A DNA stretch of 64,000 bases from Eledone cirrhosa (lineage: Eukaryota). The stretch is from contig OZ024747.1 of assembly GCA_964016885.1 (NCBI GenBank), positions 44,144,001 to 44,208,000 on the forward strand, written 5' to 3'. Below the pieces are notes generated by a model that ran no database searches, had not been told where the DNA came from, and worked only from the letters and a program-made list of their open reading frames with translations. This document shows positions 1 through 15,169 of the stretch, piece by piece; positions within the stretch are counted from its first letter, which is position 1, and every line of letters begins with the position of its first letter. The translations under genes were made by a program, and so were the position numbers.

Positions 1-134
1 TGACGTTTTACCTCGCCACTACCACCACATCCACCTCTATCACCTCATCGCTATAATTAAGGTTATTTTTGTTGTTGCTATCGTTCTTAGTAGACATCTC
101 TGTTTTCTTTTTCGGATTAGGGGTCTCATATTAT

Positions 135-315
135 TGTGGATTGGCAGTATGGGTAGAGGGTCGGACGCCATGCTTTGACGCATAGAGCTACGGCCATTCT
201 GAGTTCAAATCCCGCCGAGGTTAACTTTGCCTTTCATCCTTACAGGGTCGATAAAATAAAGTACCAGTAATGCACTGAGATAATTGCTGGCCTTGTGCCA
301 AAAGTAGAAATAATT
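135..315 (+). mobile_element. tRNA-derived SINE (dominant family of the window)
   Basis: A-box-like TGGCAGTATGGGTAGAG, B-box GAGTTCAAATCCC, central GCCTTTCATCCTTACAGGGTCGATAAAATAAAGTACCAG, AT-rich tail. About 15 further copies or fragments, e.g. 1180-1345, 1355-1442(-), 15775-15935, 27000-27190, 38750-38920, 39680-39815, 47010-47210(-), 50200-50410(-), 50880-51050. Confidence 0.85.
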
Positions 316-371
316 GTTGTACCAGGCTGTTACTACTGCTGTTATTGAGGCTATTGTCTCTACCCTCTAAA

Positions 372-489
<118 letters not shown>

Positions 490-741
490 AAACGATTGAT
501 AATTATTATAGAAAGCTGGTGCAATGCGATATAAAAAGCAGAGAATGACAAATAAAATAAAACAAATATTTTTCTCGCCCAATATATTTCAGGGTTAAAA
601 CCATCTTATCAAATGCAAAACTAACAAAAATCAGTGCAAAACAAAATCGAAGGATGTGTTCTTCCTTAACTGGTTTACTGTATATGTGTGTGTGTGTGAG
701 TGTGCGTGTGTGTGAATGTGGGTGTGTGGGTGTGTGTGTGT

Positions 742-818
<77 letters not shown>

Positions 819-1982
819 CGTGTGTGTGAGTGTGTGAGTGTGTGTGTGAGTGTGCGTATGTGTGAGTGTGTGTGTGTGTATGCGTGTGTGCGTGTGTGTG
901 AGTGTGTGTGTGTGTGTGCGTGTGCGTGTGCGTGTGTGTGAGTGTGAGTGTGTGTGTGTGTGCGTGTGTGTGTGTATGCGTGTGAGTGTGTATGTGTGAG
1001 TGTGTGTGTTTAACTGCTGTTGTTATTGCAATCGGCTATCATTGTTGTTGTTGTTATTATTATTGCAATTGGATGTCATATCTGTTGTTGCTATCGCTGG
1101 CTGTCATATTTTTGTTATTCATCTTATTGTGTTACTGCTGGTGTTTTGTTGAATGTGTCATGGCGATTATTAAATGTGTTACCGGTAGAATCGTTAGAAC
1201 GTCAAACTAAATATTTTGTGGTATTTTTCCGGCTCTTTACGTTCTGAGTTCAACTTTGCCTTTCATCCTTTTGTCTTCATAAAATAAAGGACCAATCAAG
1301 TACTGGGTTCAATTTAATCGATTTTCTACTCCTATAAAATTTGGTCTAGTGCGGTATTTGATCTCAGAACGTAAAGGGCCGTAACTCTATGCCGCGAAAC
1401 ATGGTGTCCGACGTGCTACCGATACTATCAATCCGCTGCCCTAACAACAAAAACAACAACAACAACAACATTATTAATAATAATAAAGGATGTGTTCCTA
1501 CGTGTAAAAAATACATTTATTAACCTGCCATAGAACCACATTGGCATACGGTTGGATAATACTTGTATCCCTATGTGTATTTTTTACACGGAGGAACACA
1601 TACTTTATTTTTATTAATCTCCCCTAAGGTTGCGATAAAACTTGGCCGTTTGGACTGCTGCTATTTCTAGTGGCAGGATATTGACCTGTCCACCCTGCCT
1701 TTTGTCTTTGCACACGGCACCAGACAGAATTATTTCTTTCATCATTCACTCTCATCTGGGAATGGTTTTGTATGGCGTCAGTTTGTGATTTAAACTCGGG
1801 AATTTTATATTCTCCGAGCGGGAAGAGCCTTCTGAAGATAGTTCCCTCCTCAATGGAGTTCCGCTTGGATTATCCGTTTATTTTGGAACTTGAAACCGCG
1901 GTAAAGGCACATATAGTGAGTACAGCGAATTTTTTAAAATTTATTTTTAAACTTTTTTTCTATTTGCTAGACCTGGATTTTA

Positions 1983-2042
<60 letters not shown>

Positions 2043-2049
<7 letters not shown>

Positions 2050-2321
2050 GTGAGGTTTTTTTACAAAATGAAAAAAAAACGAGGTGTCCTACACGAGTGA
2101 ATGTATAAAGGAAAAAGATGAAATCGAAAATGTAACTGGAGTCTTTTTTTTTTTAAATATATATTTATTTCGTTCCTTTACTAGTTTAGCAGTTCTTCTG
2201 CTTTTCAAAAGTAGAATTGAGATGGAGGGTTTGTGATTTTTCTCACATCTGTGAGAAAAACCACAAACCCTCCATTTAAAAAAAGACTCCAGTTGCATTT
2301 TCGATTTCATCTTTTTTCCTT
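2043..2321 (-). mobile_element. (TA)n-embedded inverted-arm element, family K, with mutated U3-A8 hammerhead (2176-2211)
   Basis: Arms about 2104-2150 and 2278-2325, inner hairpin 2222-2276. Minus strand reads ctt-TTGAAAA-gcag.aagaa.ctgc-TAAAC-ta-GTA-aag. Related to 3281-3426. Confidence 0.65.
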
Positions 2322-2351
2322 ATATATATGTATATATATATATATATATAT

Positions 2352-2386
2352 AGTTAGCTACAGTAACTTCACGTTACAATCCCTGG

Positions 2387-2466
<80 letters not shown>

Positions 2467-2689
2467 AGGGAGTGTAACGTGAAGTTACTGTAAGTTCACC
2501 CAAGTGACCACTCGATGTTTAGGTTCACGTCAGTGGCGAGGTGTAGAGCTAGCCAGAGTGTAATATAAAAATAATACAAGGACGATTTGTTAAGCCTTCA
2601 TTATGTTTATTGATTGGTGACGCGCGTTTCGCTATTGACCAGTTCAAGGTTCGATCTGTATCGATCTAACTCGATTCTGGAATCAGAAT
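2352..2689 (-). mobile_element. (TA)n-embedded element, family L (tail plus hammerhead 3' half)
   Basis: Clearly similar to 30931-31237; minus strand contains CGAAACGCGCGTCACC. Confidence 0.6.
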
Positions 2690-2707
2690 ATATATATATA
2701 TATGACA

Positions 2708-3203
<496 letters not shown>

Positions 3204-3208
3204 ATATA

Positions 3209-3286
<78 letters not shown>

Positions 3287-3318
3287 AGAAAAACCACAGA
3301 CCCTCCATCTCAACTCAT

Positions 3319-3354
3319 CTTTTGAAAAGCAGAAGAACTGCGAAACCCGTAAAG
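3319..3354 (+). ncRNA. Minimal hammerhead, U3-A8 core variant (in family K element 3281-3426)
   Basis: ctt-TTGAAAA-gcag.aagaa.ctgc-GAAAC-cc-GTA-aag. Confidence 0.6.
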
Positions 3355-3425
3355 GAACCAAATAAATATATATATTTTTTTTAAAAATAAGACTCCAGTT
3401 GCATTTTCGATTTCATCTCTTTTTC

Positions 3426-3472
<47 letters not shown>

Positions 3473-3539
3473 GGGGGAGAGAGAGAGAGATACATACATA
3501 CATATAAATAAATATATATATGTATATATGTATATATGT

Positions 3540-4330
3540 TTGGGTTTCAATTTGGATCTCAGAAGCTGTTGTCACCATCCAAAAGTTGTCACTGACATAG
3601 ACTTCGTCGATGACATTGCCTTGATCACAGAGGAAATCAGCCAAGCTCAAGCACTGCTCACACGTGTCGAGGTTGAATCAGGCAAAATAGCACTGCATCT
3701 CAATGCAAAGAAGAACGAAATCATGCACTACAATCAGGTTGATCCAGCTCCTTCTTGCTAAGGACGGCACAACAATCAAAACAGTTGAGAACTTTAAGTA
3801 TATTGGTGCATGGATGCACAGCTCACGTAAGGACTTTGAAGTTAGAAAAGCACCAGCATGGTCGGCATGCCACAAGCTATTGAAGATGTGGATGTCCGAC
3901 CTAAACCGCAAAATCACGGAGCGCCTCTTCCTAGCAACTGTTGATTCCGTCCTGCTTTACGTGGACTATTGATAAAGTGCTATGCAAGAGACTTGACGGA
4001 TGTTACGCGAGGATGCTGAGAATGGCTCACAACATTTCTTGACAAATGAAGAACTATACAAATACCTACCAAATAGAGTTGCCTGCCGACGAATGAAACT
4101 GGCTGGGCACTGCATCCGTCATCCAGAAGAGATAGCATCTCAACTTGGGCTCTGGAAACCGGCGGTCGGACGAAGAAGCGTGGAAAGACATGCCGTCTCA
4201 TTCATTGATAACCTGCTGAGAGATGCCAGCATTGAAAACATCGACGAACTGAGAAATGTCATGCTCGACCGGGATGATTGGAGAAAGCCTGCTGAATCTT
4301 TGCGAGTGTAAACTCGGCCGAAGAAGAAGA
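3540..4330 (+). mobile_element. RTE-clade LINE, 5'-truncated, frameshifted RT C-terminal part
   Basis: DIDFVDDIALI, LHLNAKK, FKYIGAWM and RRMKLAGHCIRH across three frames; (GAA)n 3' end. Confidence 0.85.
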
Positions 4331-4499
4331 TATATGTATACATATATATCAGTAGCGAAGGGTAACCTGGAAAGCAGGGCATGCAGTCCAATCGCCATGG
4401 CGGAAAGTGGGGCTGTGCAGCCTTACCCCCCCCCCCAATTCCCTCAAAATGACGTTCCCGGTCAAAGCCGCATGTAGTGTAATCTAGTGTGTGTGTGTG

Positions 4500-5099
4500 T
4501 GTTCCCTGGGACCCCCATTTGTTATTGATGTTTCCTTTGAGAGGCCCCCATTGTCTGCAACTGACTGGCTTCTGTCTTTTAAGAAATCATGCAGCCAATC
4601 ACCTACTTTTCCAGTTATGCTGAGTCTGTGTAGTTTGTGACATAACATTCTGTGGTCGACCTTGTCAAAGGCCTTCGCAAAGTCAAGATATATCACGTCC
4701 ACGTGTAAGGTGTCTAGCAGTTGTTTCAGTACCCAATCATAGTGTTGTAGCAGCTATGTAAGGCAGCTACTTCTTGGGCGAAAGCCATGCTGCGTGCGAG
4801 TTAGGCCGTCATTTTTTTCGAGGAACGTGATCAGTTTTTTCTGATGATTCGTTCCATGACCTTACTGATATGTGACGTCAGGGAGACTGGCCTGTAGTTT
4901 TTGGCCTCCGCTCTACTTCCTCCTTTGTGGATAGACATATTAAGCCTTTTTTACCTCTCTGGGTAGTTTACCGCTAGTCAAAGAACTTCTGAAGAGGATC
5001 TTCAGTAGTCTTGCTAAGGCACGCTTACATGCTTTTAGGAGGACTGCTGGGAATCCATCAGGTCCAGCAGCTGAGTTTGATCTAATTTCTTCTATGGCG
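4500..5099 (-). mobile_element. CR1-type LINE RT fragment (decayed)
   Basis: DVIYLDFAKAFDKVDH motif; upstream SAAGPDG and NYRPVSLTSH-like coding remnants. Confidence 0.85.
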
Positions 5100-5152
5100 A
5101 ATATATATGTATATGTGTATGTATATATTTATATATATATATGTGTGTGTGC

Positions 5153-5253
<101 letters not shown>

Positions 5254-5660
5254 CATAAAAGGTTTTGTCTTTTTTATAAATTTGAGTGCGATTTTTCTAT
5301 TAATTCCAAATGAAACGCTACGCGCTTCATCGACTGACTGTCTGTTTACTTTCTAGCGCGACAACTCTAGCTCTCTCACACACACTCTCTTCTTTTTATA
5401 CGAAAGTCTATCATTCTTCCAGGGTTACCATTTACATCACTTGTCTGCACCACATTTCTAGATAACTGTTATTTGCTTACTTACTCGTTTTTCTGTCCTA
5501 GACGTGTGGTCTCCCATACATCTTCCCAGCTGTCTGCTCTAAGCTGTCATGCAACCTGAGCTCTAATTCCCCCTTATGCACGAAATTGCATTTCCCAGGA
5601 AATGGCTGATGAGGAAGGTAGATACTTCTGTCCATTGTATCTTTTCGTGTTAAATTTTGC

Positions 5661-5725
<65 letters not shown>

Positions 5726-5880
5726 GGTATATATATACAACCAAACAATGTCAAATCTAAGTTTAAGTTAGGGTTTTAGCGGGTAGGGATAAACAAGAGT
5801 ACAAACAATAAGTTGTTTTTATAAAGAACAAAACGAACTGCACAACAGTTCATAGAGATATATAAAAACATTTCAGAAAT

Positions 5881-5938
<58 letters not shown>

Positions 5939-5954
5939 ATATATATAAACGTAT

Positions 5955-5985
<31 letters not shown>

Positions 5986-6047
5986 CAAATATATATACAT
6001 ATACATATATAAATATATCTATATATAAATATATAAATATATATATG

Positions 6048-6121
<74 letters not shown>

Positions 6122-6265
6122 TATATATGTATTTATATATATATATGCATATATATGTATATGCATATATATATGTATATATGTATATGCATATATATAT
6201 ATATATATATGTATGTATTTATATATATATATATATAAATATATATGCATATATATGTATGTATT

Positions 6266-6311
<46 letters not shown>

Positions 6312-6379
6312 TCTATATGTATATATATATATATATATATGCATATATATGTATGTATATATATGTGTATGTATATGTT

Positions 6380-6472
<93 letters not shown>

Positions 6473-7457
6473 CCACATGTTGTGTGTCTCTACATGTGCG
6501 TGTGTAAGTCTGTACTAAATCCTATGTTTAGCGTCATTCAGACATTATTATTAATCTTTTTGTTGTTGTTTATATATATTTTTTTTTACTGGGTTTGCAG
6601 GGTGGGAGTGGAGGACTGTTCTCTGTGTAAACACCATTTCATTATCTTCAATTCCCATATTGTTGTCGAAGAATTCACTTTTCTTTTATACCTTTGAAGA
6701 TGTCTGGGGGCGCCTGCAAGTTAATGAAATTGCGTGGCCCATCATCGAAACGTTATCGCTAACATGACACCCACTCTCGCTTGATACACTTTTAATTGTT
6801 ATAGACTGAAAACAATAGTTTACTCTTATTTATTTATTTATAGTGCATTTGTTCAGTTTCTTTTATTTTGCTGTTTTGTTCCTGTCTCTTTCCTTTTTTT
6901 TTTCTTTAGGGAACTCTTAGGTCAATCGATTGGTCAGAGTAATGGTGGTAGACATTTTGAATGTGAAGAAAGTTGATTTCTGTTTAGAAGGAAAAAAGTA
7001 CACACCCACACACACACACCCACACACACACGTCAGTTTCACTTCACTTTTGGTTTTGCTTCCGTTTGTGGGAGGAGGGAAACGAGAGGAGTGGATGTTG
7101 ATGATTGGTTTAAATTTCTGCTACCAGAACAAGAAATTGTCTACTGGTTTTACTCTACTTGTCACATTACTTGTCACACTAGCTTTGTCACACACTGTCA
7201 CACAAAATCTCCCTGAGAATCACATTAAGGGTACACGTGTGTTTGGAATGCACAGCCACTTATATGTTAATTTAATATAGCGGGCTATTTTGTTGATCGA
7301 ACTGGAACACTCAACATCGAAATCGACGGAGAACCATTCCATAACTATATGGAAGCGCTTTGGTTCAGATTTTGTATTAATCTAACGACGAATTGGTAGA
7401 ATAGTTAGCCTGTCGATATTTTTCCAGCTCTGTGTTCTGAGTTCAAACATCACTGAT

Positions 7458-7616
7458 GCAGACCTTTCAACTTACCCCGTCCGACGGCGAGATCACCCAC
7501 CCTCTTTGGGGTGGGGGAGAGATGTCTTCTCTTGTGAAAATGGGTATAGCTTTCATTATATCTCACTTTTTTTCATGGTAATTCCCGTTTAGGTTTTTAG
7601 AGGTTGGCAGATCTGC
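7458..7616. mobile_element. MITE with CAGACCT..CAAC / GTTGGCAGATCTG terminal inverted repeats
   Basis: Imperfect TIRs; internal sequence matches 47502-47945. Confidence 0.6.
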
Positions 7617-8588
7617 CGATGTCAACTTTGTGTTCGATGTCGACACACAGTGTAACAGTCTTGGATGAAAGAGTCGGGCGGGATGAGCGTTCTGAATTTA
7701 TCCCATTTCTAGTCACCGGAAAAGTGGTGATGATTCTGCCCAAAGTTACGCCCAGCAGATAGGATAACTAATGGAAAAAAAATCAATGAAAACTAGTTTC
7801 GCTATTCTTATCTGATGATCGGCTCCTTTCCTTTCTTTAATGCCTCTATAATATTCCTTGGTAACCTTTTCTTTCATTTGTGTGTGTTGTAATCTGTGTA
7901 CTTCATTCATTCCTAAGTATTTGTCATTCTATCTTCTGTTATTTTTGTTTCTTCATCGATATTATATTACATCACTGATTTTATTGATGTTTTGATCAAT
8001 GTTGCTTTCAAAACTGATTTCTTCACAGAAACTGTGTACAACACTATATTTAACAAAGTTGATAGTTGTTTGTCATATTTGCAGGATATAGGTTTACATT
8101 ATTCATATATAAGAAACGGTGTATTGTTATTTCATATTACTAATGTTCGTACCTAGTCATACTAACCACTACTATATCTATATTAAGTGATCTCTGATCG
8201 ATGAAGAAGATTCTTTTTAAATTCAAAACCAACTCCAGGCCAAATGCATTTAGCCAAATTATTCAAAGGTTGAAAATATAGGCTTAGCTATATGTGTGTG
8301 AAATGAAAGGACACGAACTAGTGGTTAGGGTATTCTGCTCACGATCGCAGTGACGTGGATTCGATTCCTGGACCGGTGATGGTGGTATTGCTGCACCTGA
8401 TTATGTTGGTGGTGGTGCTAGCGGTGGTGCTAGTTGTTTTGGTAAGACTGACCATCTTTTCAGACGGAGAAATGTTCTTTAAATAGGCTGGTCAGTCAAT
8501 GATTGCTAGTAACACCTGTAGTTGACATTTCATTAGTTGCGACTAACCAATGACTCAAAATCACCAGTACAGTGGTTACGTGTGCATA

Positions 8589-8759
<171 letters not shown>

Positions 8760-8813
8760 GTATGTATATATATTATACATATACATATATATATAAATGT
8801 ATGTATATATATA

Positions 8814-8861
<48 letters not shown>

Positions 8862-8917
8862 TATATATAAACATACATTTATATATATATATGTATATGT
8901 ATAATATATATACATAC

Positions 8918-8957
<40 letters not shown>

Positions 8958-8991
8958 GCACACACACACACACACATATATATTATATATA

Positions 8992-9076
<85 letters not shown>

Positions 9077-9101
9077 ACACTCACACATACACCCCACCCA
9101 C

Positions 9102-9138
<37 letters not shown>

Positions 9139-9179
9139 CATACATATACATATATTATACATATACATATATATATGTG

Positions 9180-9225
<46 letters not shown>

Positions 9226-9278
9226 CACATATATATATGTATATGTATATGTATATGTATAATATATGTATGTGTATG

Positions 9279-9344
<66 letters not shown>

Positions 9345-9679
9345 TATACATGTGGTGGGTGGGGTGTATGTGTGAGTGTATTAGATAAAGAGGGAGAGGT
9401 GGAGAGATGTACAGACACAGATAGAGACATATAGAGACAGACGGACAGACAAATCAATTATCTATCTATCCATCTGTTTATCGATCGTTGAATTTTGTTT
9501 CTAGACACTAAATGATGCTATAAATTACAATACAGACCGGGAGAAAAATTACTTAGGGGCACCTGAGTATGAAACATGAAAGGTAAAGTGGGATGTTATA
9601 TACATAATATAGGGGTACATTCTTCTCTGTTCTTTGCCTCCATAGCTGTTGGGAATCTATCTATCTATCTATCTAGGGC

Positions 9680-9840
9680 GGGTGAAATTCCCGAGATCCA
9701 TGGGCGAGGTCTCTCTAGTGGTCTCTGTCCTTCATCATCGCCGCCATATCCTGCGTCTCCAAGAGACCTGTGTCTGTCCTTGAGGCATGAACATATGTCA
9801 ACCTCGGTCTCCCGCTTCTAGTGTGTCCTTGTAGCTTCGT
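9680..9840 (-). mobile_element. RTE LINE 3' end fragment
   Basis: Minus strand encodes DTGLLETQDMAAMMKDRD, similar to the C-terminus of the 4000-4311 ORF. Confidence 0.55.
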
Positions 9841-9846
9841 TTTTTT

Positions 9847-10140
9847 ATATTCTTCTTAACTTCGACTTCGCTTGTCTTTCTCAGAAGAGTTTGGCTTCAA
9901 ACAAGACTTGAGTATTTACAAGTTAAACCACAGTCTTTACACTTAAAGGGCAAGCCTTCTTATGTAGGAATAAGAATCTTAACCTCATTTAATCTCTCAA
10001 AAAGATGGTAGTGGGATATGTTGAAGAAGATTGACTGGAATAGATGGTCAAAAGCAGATGAAAGTAAATAAAGTGTTGAATTACCTGCACATAAGTTCAT
10101 GAGTTCAAATCCTCGGCAGTCATATTTGTGTCTCTCAACA
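9847..10140 (+). repeat. About 290-bp direct repeat, copy 1 (copy 2 at 12063-12368)
   Basis: Near-identical sequence by eye with a few substitutions and indels. Confidence 0.9.
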
Positions 10141-10419
10141 GGAGCACTGAGTGCAGTGTGAACTCTGAATGTCGGTGAGTATGTCCAACTAACCTCAGTC
10201 TCCTCTGTGTTACTGTTGGGAATATGTAGCATAACTGAGGAATATGAGAAATAGAAAGTAATAGAGACTGGCCTTTTAACCTCTGAAAATTTGGGGTTAA
10301 GCACCTCAAATCCTTTTAGTGTACTTGGCTCTTCTATACGTTTAATAAACCACAGTCTATAATATATAAGAAGATTGTCATCATTTCCGACGTCAAGTAC
10401 TCAAGATGATTCAATCAAC

Positions 10420-10692
10420 GAAACTGCCAGCTCCTGAAGTTAGTGGCTGAGCATTCTACAAATACGTGCACCCATAACGTAGTTCTCAGGAAGATTCAGT
10501 GTGACACTGTGTGACAAAACTGGCCTCTTGAATTTACTGGTACAACTCATTTTTGCCAGCTGAGTGAACTGGAGCAACGTGAAGTAAAGTGTCTTGCTCA
10601 AGGTCGCAATGCGTTGCCCAGTTTGAGAATCGACATCACGACTTTACGATTGTGAGCTGAACACCATAACCATTAAGCCATGTGCCTTCACG
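10420..10692 (-). mobile_element. CORE-like tRNA SINE (second family)
   Basis: CTGGAGCAACGTGAAGTAAAGTGTCTTGCTCAAGG motif plus reverse tRNA head (AACCATTAAGCCA); related pieces at 7170-7340, 20985-21160, 56110-56450, 57170-57310. Confidence 0.65.
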
Positions 10693-12062
10693 CTATATGA
10701 TATGCGGTCACTCAAATCACTTCATTTCATATAAAAAAACGGGGAAGGATACTTTAGAAAATGTATTCCTAGATACACTATGCTAGGAAAATATATGGAA
10801 TGGTGATCATGTCTGAAACATGATCATACACTACTACACTACTACACTTCTGCTCTACAACTGTACTACACTACTCTACAAACCTACTATACAGCTACAC
10901 TGCACTACATCTACACTTATACAATTACACTATAGGAGAAAACGAACGATTATGTGCCCCTTCATTTAACCGGTAGGTTTAGTGAACGTGTTAAAGCCCT
11001 CCATTGGCTCATCTTTAGGTTATTTGTTTGTTGTTGTCCGTGTAGTATATCTCCCATGTTAGTCCTGATCAAGCTGGCCTTCAGTTACAAAAAACATTCC
11101 AGATGTGACCAGCATGTCTTTTAAAATCAGTCTCTTGTGGTCTAAGACCTCACTAAATAATATATCCCCTTCTAAACACAATACGGTATGATATGGCTAC
11201 TTGAATTTGGCTACTATTCTTAGCAGGTTATATTACCATGTCGGAGGTTCTTCGCTGGCTGTAGTTGTGTTAGATTTACAGCGAGATGTCATGAGAGTTA
11301 AGTGCCTTAGTTATGGACTTTTCATAACATTATTGATGCGATACGAACAGTCGGTCAATTGGTCATTATATTGACACTCCACCGATCCTCCAGGTCACCT
11401 GACATTTTATTAAACTCTAAGAAAAACTCCTTAATGATGACAACACCTGGAAAAACACAAAAACAAAAATGCATAATAGAAGACTAAGTTTATCAAGTCT
11501 TCGATACAGAATTATTAAACAAATCAGCCAGTCTAGACAACCTTATAACAAAATCACCAACAAGAGACAAAGTGCCTAATTACTTAAAACCACATGGGTT
11601 GCTCCTAGAATTTCTATAAACAACTAATGTTAGCAAATGACACCAAATTTGCATCATTTGTATTTTGTCTGTATACTGTGTAAATGCCACACCCCTACCT
11701 ACCACTTGTTCCAAACAGACACTCATAATATCAAACACACAAACGCACAAAGATGCACTCACACAAACAGGTACTAATACCTACACTCCTACACACATAC
11801 ACGCATACGCACACATATACACACACACCAAGGTCTTTGTTTTCACAAGCCAATCAATCACTTTCCATTAGATATTTCGAGATTCATGTTTTCTAAGATG
11901 TATTTTGCTAAACTTGTGAAGTAATTGCTCTATGTAAACTGTCATAGCTTTTTCTCTCAAATATAGGAAGATAAGTTTTTAATTATATCTGTCTGAGACA
12001 AGTAACATTAGCAAAATCTCGACGCCACTTACCATTGTAACGTTTTCATGGCTTCATTCTGT

Positions 12063-12368
12063 TATATTCTTCTTAACTTCGACTTCGCTTGTCTTTCTCA
12101 GAAGAGTTTGGCTTCAAACAAGACTTGAGTATTTACAAGTTAAACCACAGTCTTTACACTTAAAAGGCAAGCCTTCTTATGTAGGAATAAGAATCTTAAC
12201 CTCATTTAATCTCTCAAAAAGATGGTAGTGGGAGATGTTGAAGATTGACTGGAATAGATGGTCAAAAGTAGATGAAAGTAAATAAAGTGTTGAATATAAG
12301 ATTTGAACTCATGAACACATAAGTTCATGAGTTCAAATCCTCGGCAGTCATATTTGTGTCTCTCAACA
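12063..12368 (+). repeat. About 300-bp direct repeat, copy 2
   Basis: Matches 9847-10140. Confidence 0.9.
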
Positions 12369-12920
12369 AGATCGTACTTTCAGCAATGCTGCAGTTCATT
12401 TAGTACATTATTCTACATTGCATCATTTAACAGAACACGTTGTTGGTGGTGGCTATGTCGTTGATGGTGATGGTGTCGTTGATTGTGGTGGGATTATTGT
12501 TTTTGCTGTAGTCATCGCTGTCATTTTGTTGTTGTTGTTTTCATATTAAACTATATGTATAGGGAAAAGAATTTGAAAATGCAATTGAAGACTTTAAGAA
12601 GGTTTATTTACAGCTAGACCACCCGTGACCGGTTGGGTCACGTTCATTTCAAAGTATTTATTTTTAAATCATATTCACTTTAAAATAGTTTTTAAATAAT
12701 TAAAATATACACAGACATGTATATAATGTGAAATGAAACACTGGAAAGCCCATATATATACGTATGTATATATGTATGTATATGTGTATATATATATATA
12801 TATGTATGTATATGTGTATATACATATATATATATATATATGTGTATATATATATATATGCGTGTGTGTGTGTGTGGATGTCTGTGATCTATATGCACTG
12901 GTCATAGACACACGCACACA

Positions 12921-12975
<55 letters not shown>

Positions 12976-13093
12976 ATACTTTGGGAGGGTCATGTTGCCA
13001 ATAAGAAACACACGCACCAGTTGCTTTCACTTCAATTTATTATAAATTTATGGTTGGTTGGTTGGTTCCACAACCAGATAGTTGTTTATATAT

Positions 13094-13138
13094 AGTCATA
13101 GTTCTTTCGTCACACACTCTGTGACCTCTTCAGTGACT
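13094..13138 (-). ncRNA. Minimal type-I hammerhead in PLE pLTR
   Basis: agtca-CTGAAGA-ggtcac.agagtgt.gtgac-GAAA-gaac-TA-tgact. Confidence 0.82.
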
Positions 13139-13378
13139 GGGGATTCCTTTCTTTGTTTCTGTGCCTCTCATTTGTTCTGTCCTACGCCATTTTGTTTCTG
13201 TGTGTGTGTTGTGTGCTCAGTCTGCGCATGCGCCACATTCGGGTGTCTGTGTGTGTTTATGTTCATATATTTATTTGTTTATTTACATGTTACTGGTTGG
13301 TTGTTTGTTCTATGTGTGTGTGTGTTTTCATTTTGTCCTTAATTGTAAGTTGTGATGTTGCTGTTCCACTCATATTTT

Positions 13379-14995
13379 CTATTTATTTAATTTTGGTTGT
13401 AATTCTTTTATGTTTATTGCCTCTGTAATTTGTCTAAACATTGCGTCTTTTCTGTGTGTAGATTCTATTTTTATTTCTATGTTCTCTAATTTACCCTTGT
13501 GTTCTATTTTAGCATGTTGGTAGAGTACATATGATTCTTTATTATCTTGAAGGTCTTGCCAGTGTTCATTTATCCGTTCCCCTACACTACGAGCTGTCTC
13601 ACCTACGTACACTATATTTTTGTCTCTACATTGTCCTTCAGTACATCTTATGCTATACACTACATTTCTAGTTTTACAGTTAATATGGGGGCTTATTTTA
13701 CAGGTTATACATTTCTTATCTATACATGAGGGTCTTTGAAAAGGGTATGTCTTGCTAATAAGTGTTTTTACGGAGGTACCTGGTCTTTCTACTATCTTAA
13801 TATTGAGTTTATGTTTATTTAGGGCCCTTCTAAATTTGTAAGCTAATTCACCTCTAGGGGTTGTATCGATGAACATTATACTCTGGTATTTATTGCTATC
13901 ATACCATGAGTTTATTCTATTAGCCTTATTCCTAGTTCTTTCTATTCCAAAATTTGCTCCTATACAAGAAGCAGGTCCCATTTATGTCATTATTTACCAT
14001 TTTTTCCCATTTGGTTCTGGCTCCTCTATACACTCTGATTTTATCTCTCTGATTGTAGCCAGAGAACTGCATACGGTGGATGAAGTGTTGTATGTGTCTC
14101 TCTAGTTCTTCAGGGTTGCACATGCGGGACACATTTCTCATCACCCGTACCAAATCCGCAATCAGTATGTTGATTTTGGTATGGTCCGAGACGGCCGAGT
14201 TTCGGTGGATCAGATGTTTGGAAGTCATGGGTTTGGAAGTCATGGGAATGGAGGATTTGTTTTTTGTTGTTAATGGTATCTAACCAGAGCTCTGTGTCTA
14301 GTACAGGTAATCGATGGTTGGGGTGTTTACTTGGGTAGTCTATAGTAACTCTAATGCTCTGGTGGGTGGAGTTTGCTATTTGCTGGATGCTTTCCATTGT
14401 GTTTTTCTCTAGTTCCTGACTGTTCTCTAGTGGGGGTGTCTTGACTACGATGTTTATATCATCAACGTAGCGGGAGTACATTATCAGGGTTACGGGGGTC
14501 TTCTAATTGTTCTTTAAGTTTAAGTTTAAGTCTACTGTCCCACCATACCATGAATAAGTTAGCTATGTCGCCTGCAATGCTAACACCAATGGCTGCTCCT
14601 TCCGCTTGGGCATATGTTTTTCCATTAAATTTGAACATATGTTCCTTAAGGGTTAGTTTTATGCTGGCCCCTACCGCATGTGCAATCATTTTCTTCAGTT
14701 CATCGTGGTTTTCGGGTGTCCGTATGGCTCTGGTCCACCCGTTCCATCTATCTGTGTGGGTTTTCTTGGACATTGAGGTAATGGTAGGTGGTCTGCCTCT
14801 TGCTGGTCTTGTAGGGCACAGGTTGCTAAGGTCATATGTGTCTAGGTAATTATTACTATAGGTAAGCTTAAGTAGGAGTCCCAGCTCACTGGTATCAATC
14901 CCACGGAACTCAACCTTGCTCTCACTGATCATTTCTACGCATTTCTCCACAGCAAAATCCACGTCAATAGATGGATACAGGGACACAACATCCAT
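13379..14995 (-). pseudogene. PLE reverse transcriptase plus GIY-YIG endonuclease, frameshifted into four pieces
   Basis: DVVSLYPSID, QAEGAAIGVSIAG, YSRYVDD, Cys linker CIDKKCITC, NVVYSIRC...VYVGET GIY-YIG. Confidence 0.92.
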
Positions 14996-15169
14996 ACTGC
15001 CTAAACAAATTCAGAAACGAAATATATATATATACATATATACATATATACCACCAACTCTCTTCCATCATTCTTCTCTGACTCCTCTCTCTCTCCCTAT
15101 ATCTCTCTTTCAATCTACTCAGTCACAACCACTATCTCTTCTTCTCTATCTTTCTTTTTCTTTGTTTAT

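Larger units (their letters stand above)
12971..15021 (-). mobile_element. Penelope-like retroelement (family C), 5'-truncated, in (TA)n
   Basis: RT and GIY-YIG ORF pieces, 3' pLTR 12971-13380 with a hammerhead, (TA)n on both sides, inverted tail tip ctaaacaaattcagaaacga at the truncation end. Confidence 0.92.

Noticed and set aside
135-315. tRNA genes suggested by GTTCAAATCCC B-boxes
   Set aside because: They are SINE heads followed by a shared body; no complete cloverleaf.
1485-1616. Inverted repeat resembling the hammerhead elements
   Set aside because: No ribozyme core and no second copy seen; origin undetermined.
5570-5660. CTGATGA followed by a hairpin in a TA-flanked island
   Set aside because: No downstream GAAA-NUH-stem I; at most a truncated remnant.
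6685-6760. TTGAAGATG...CATCGAAACGTT hammerhead-like motif
   Set aside because: Core mutated and stem I not recoverable; too degenerate to call.
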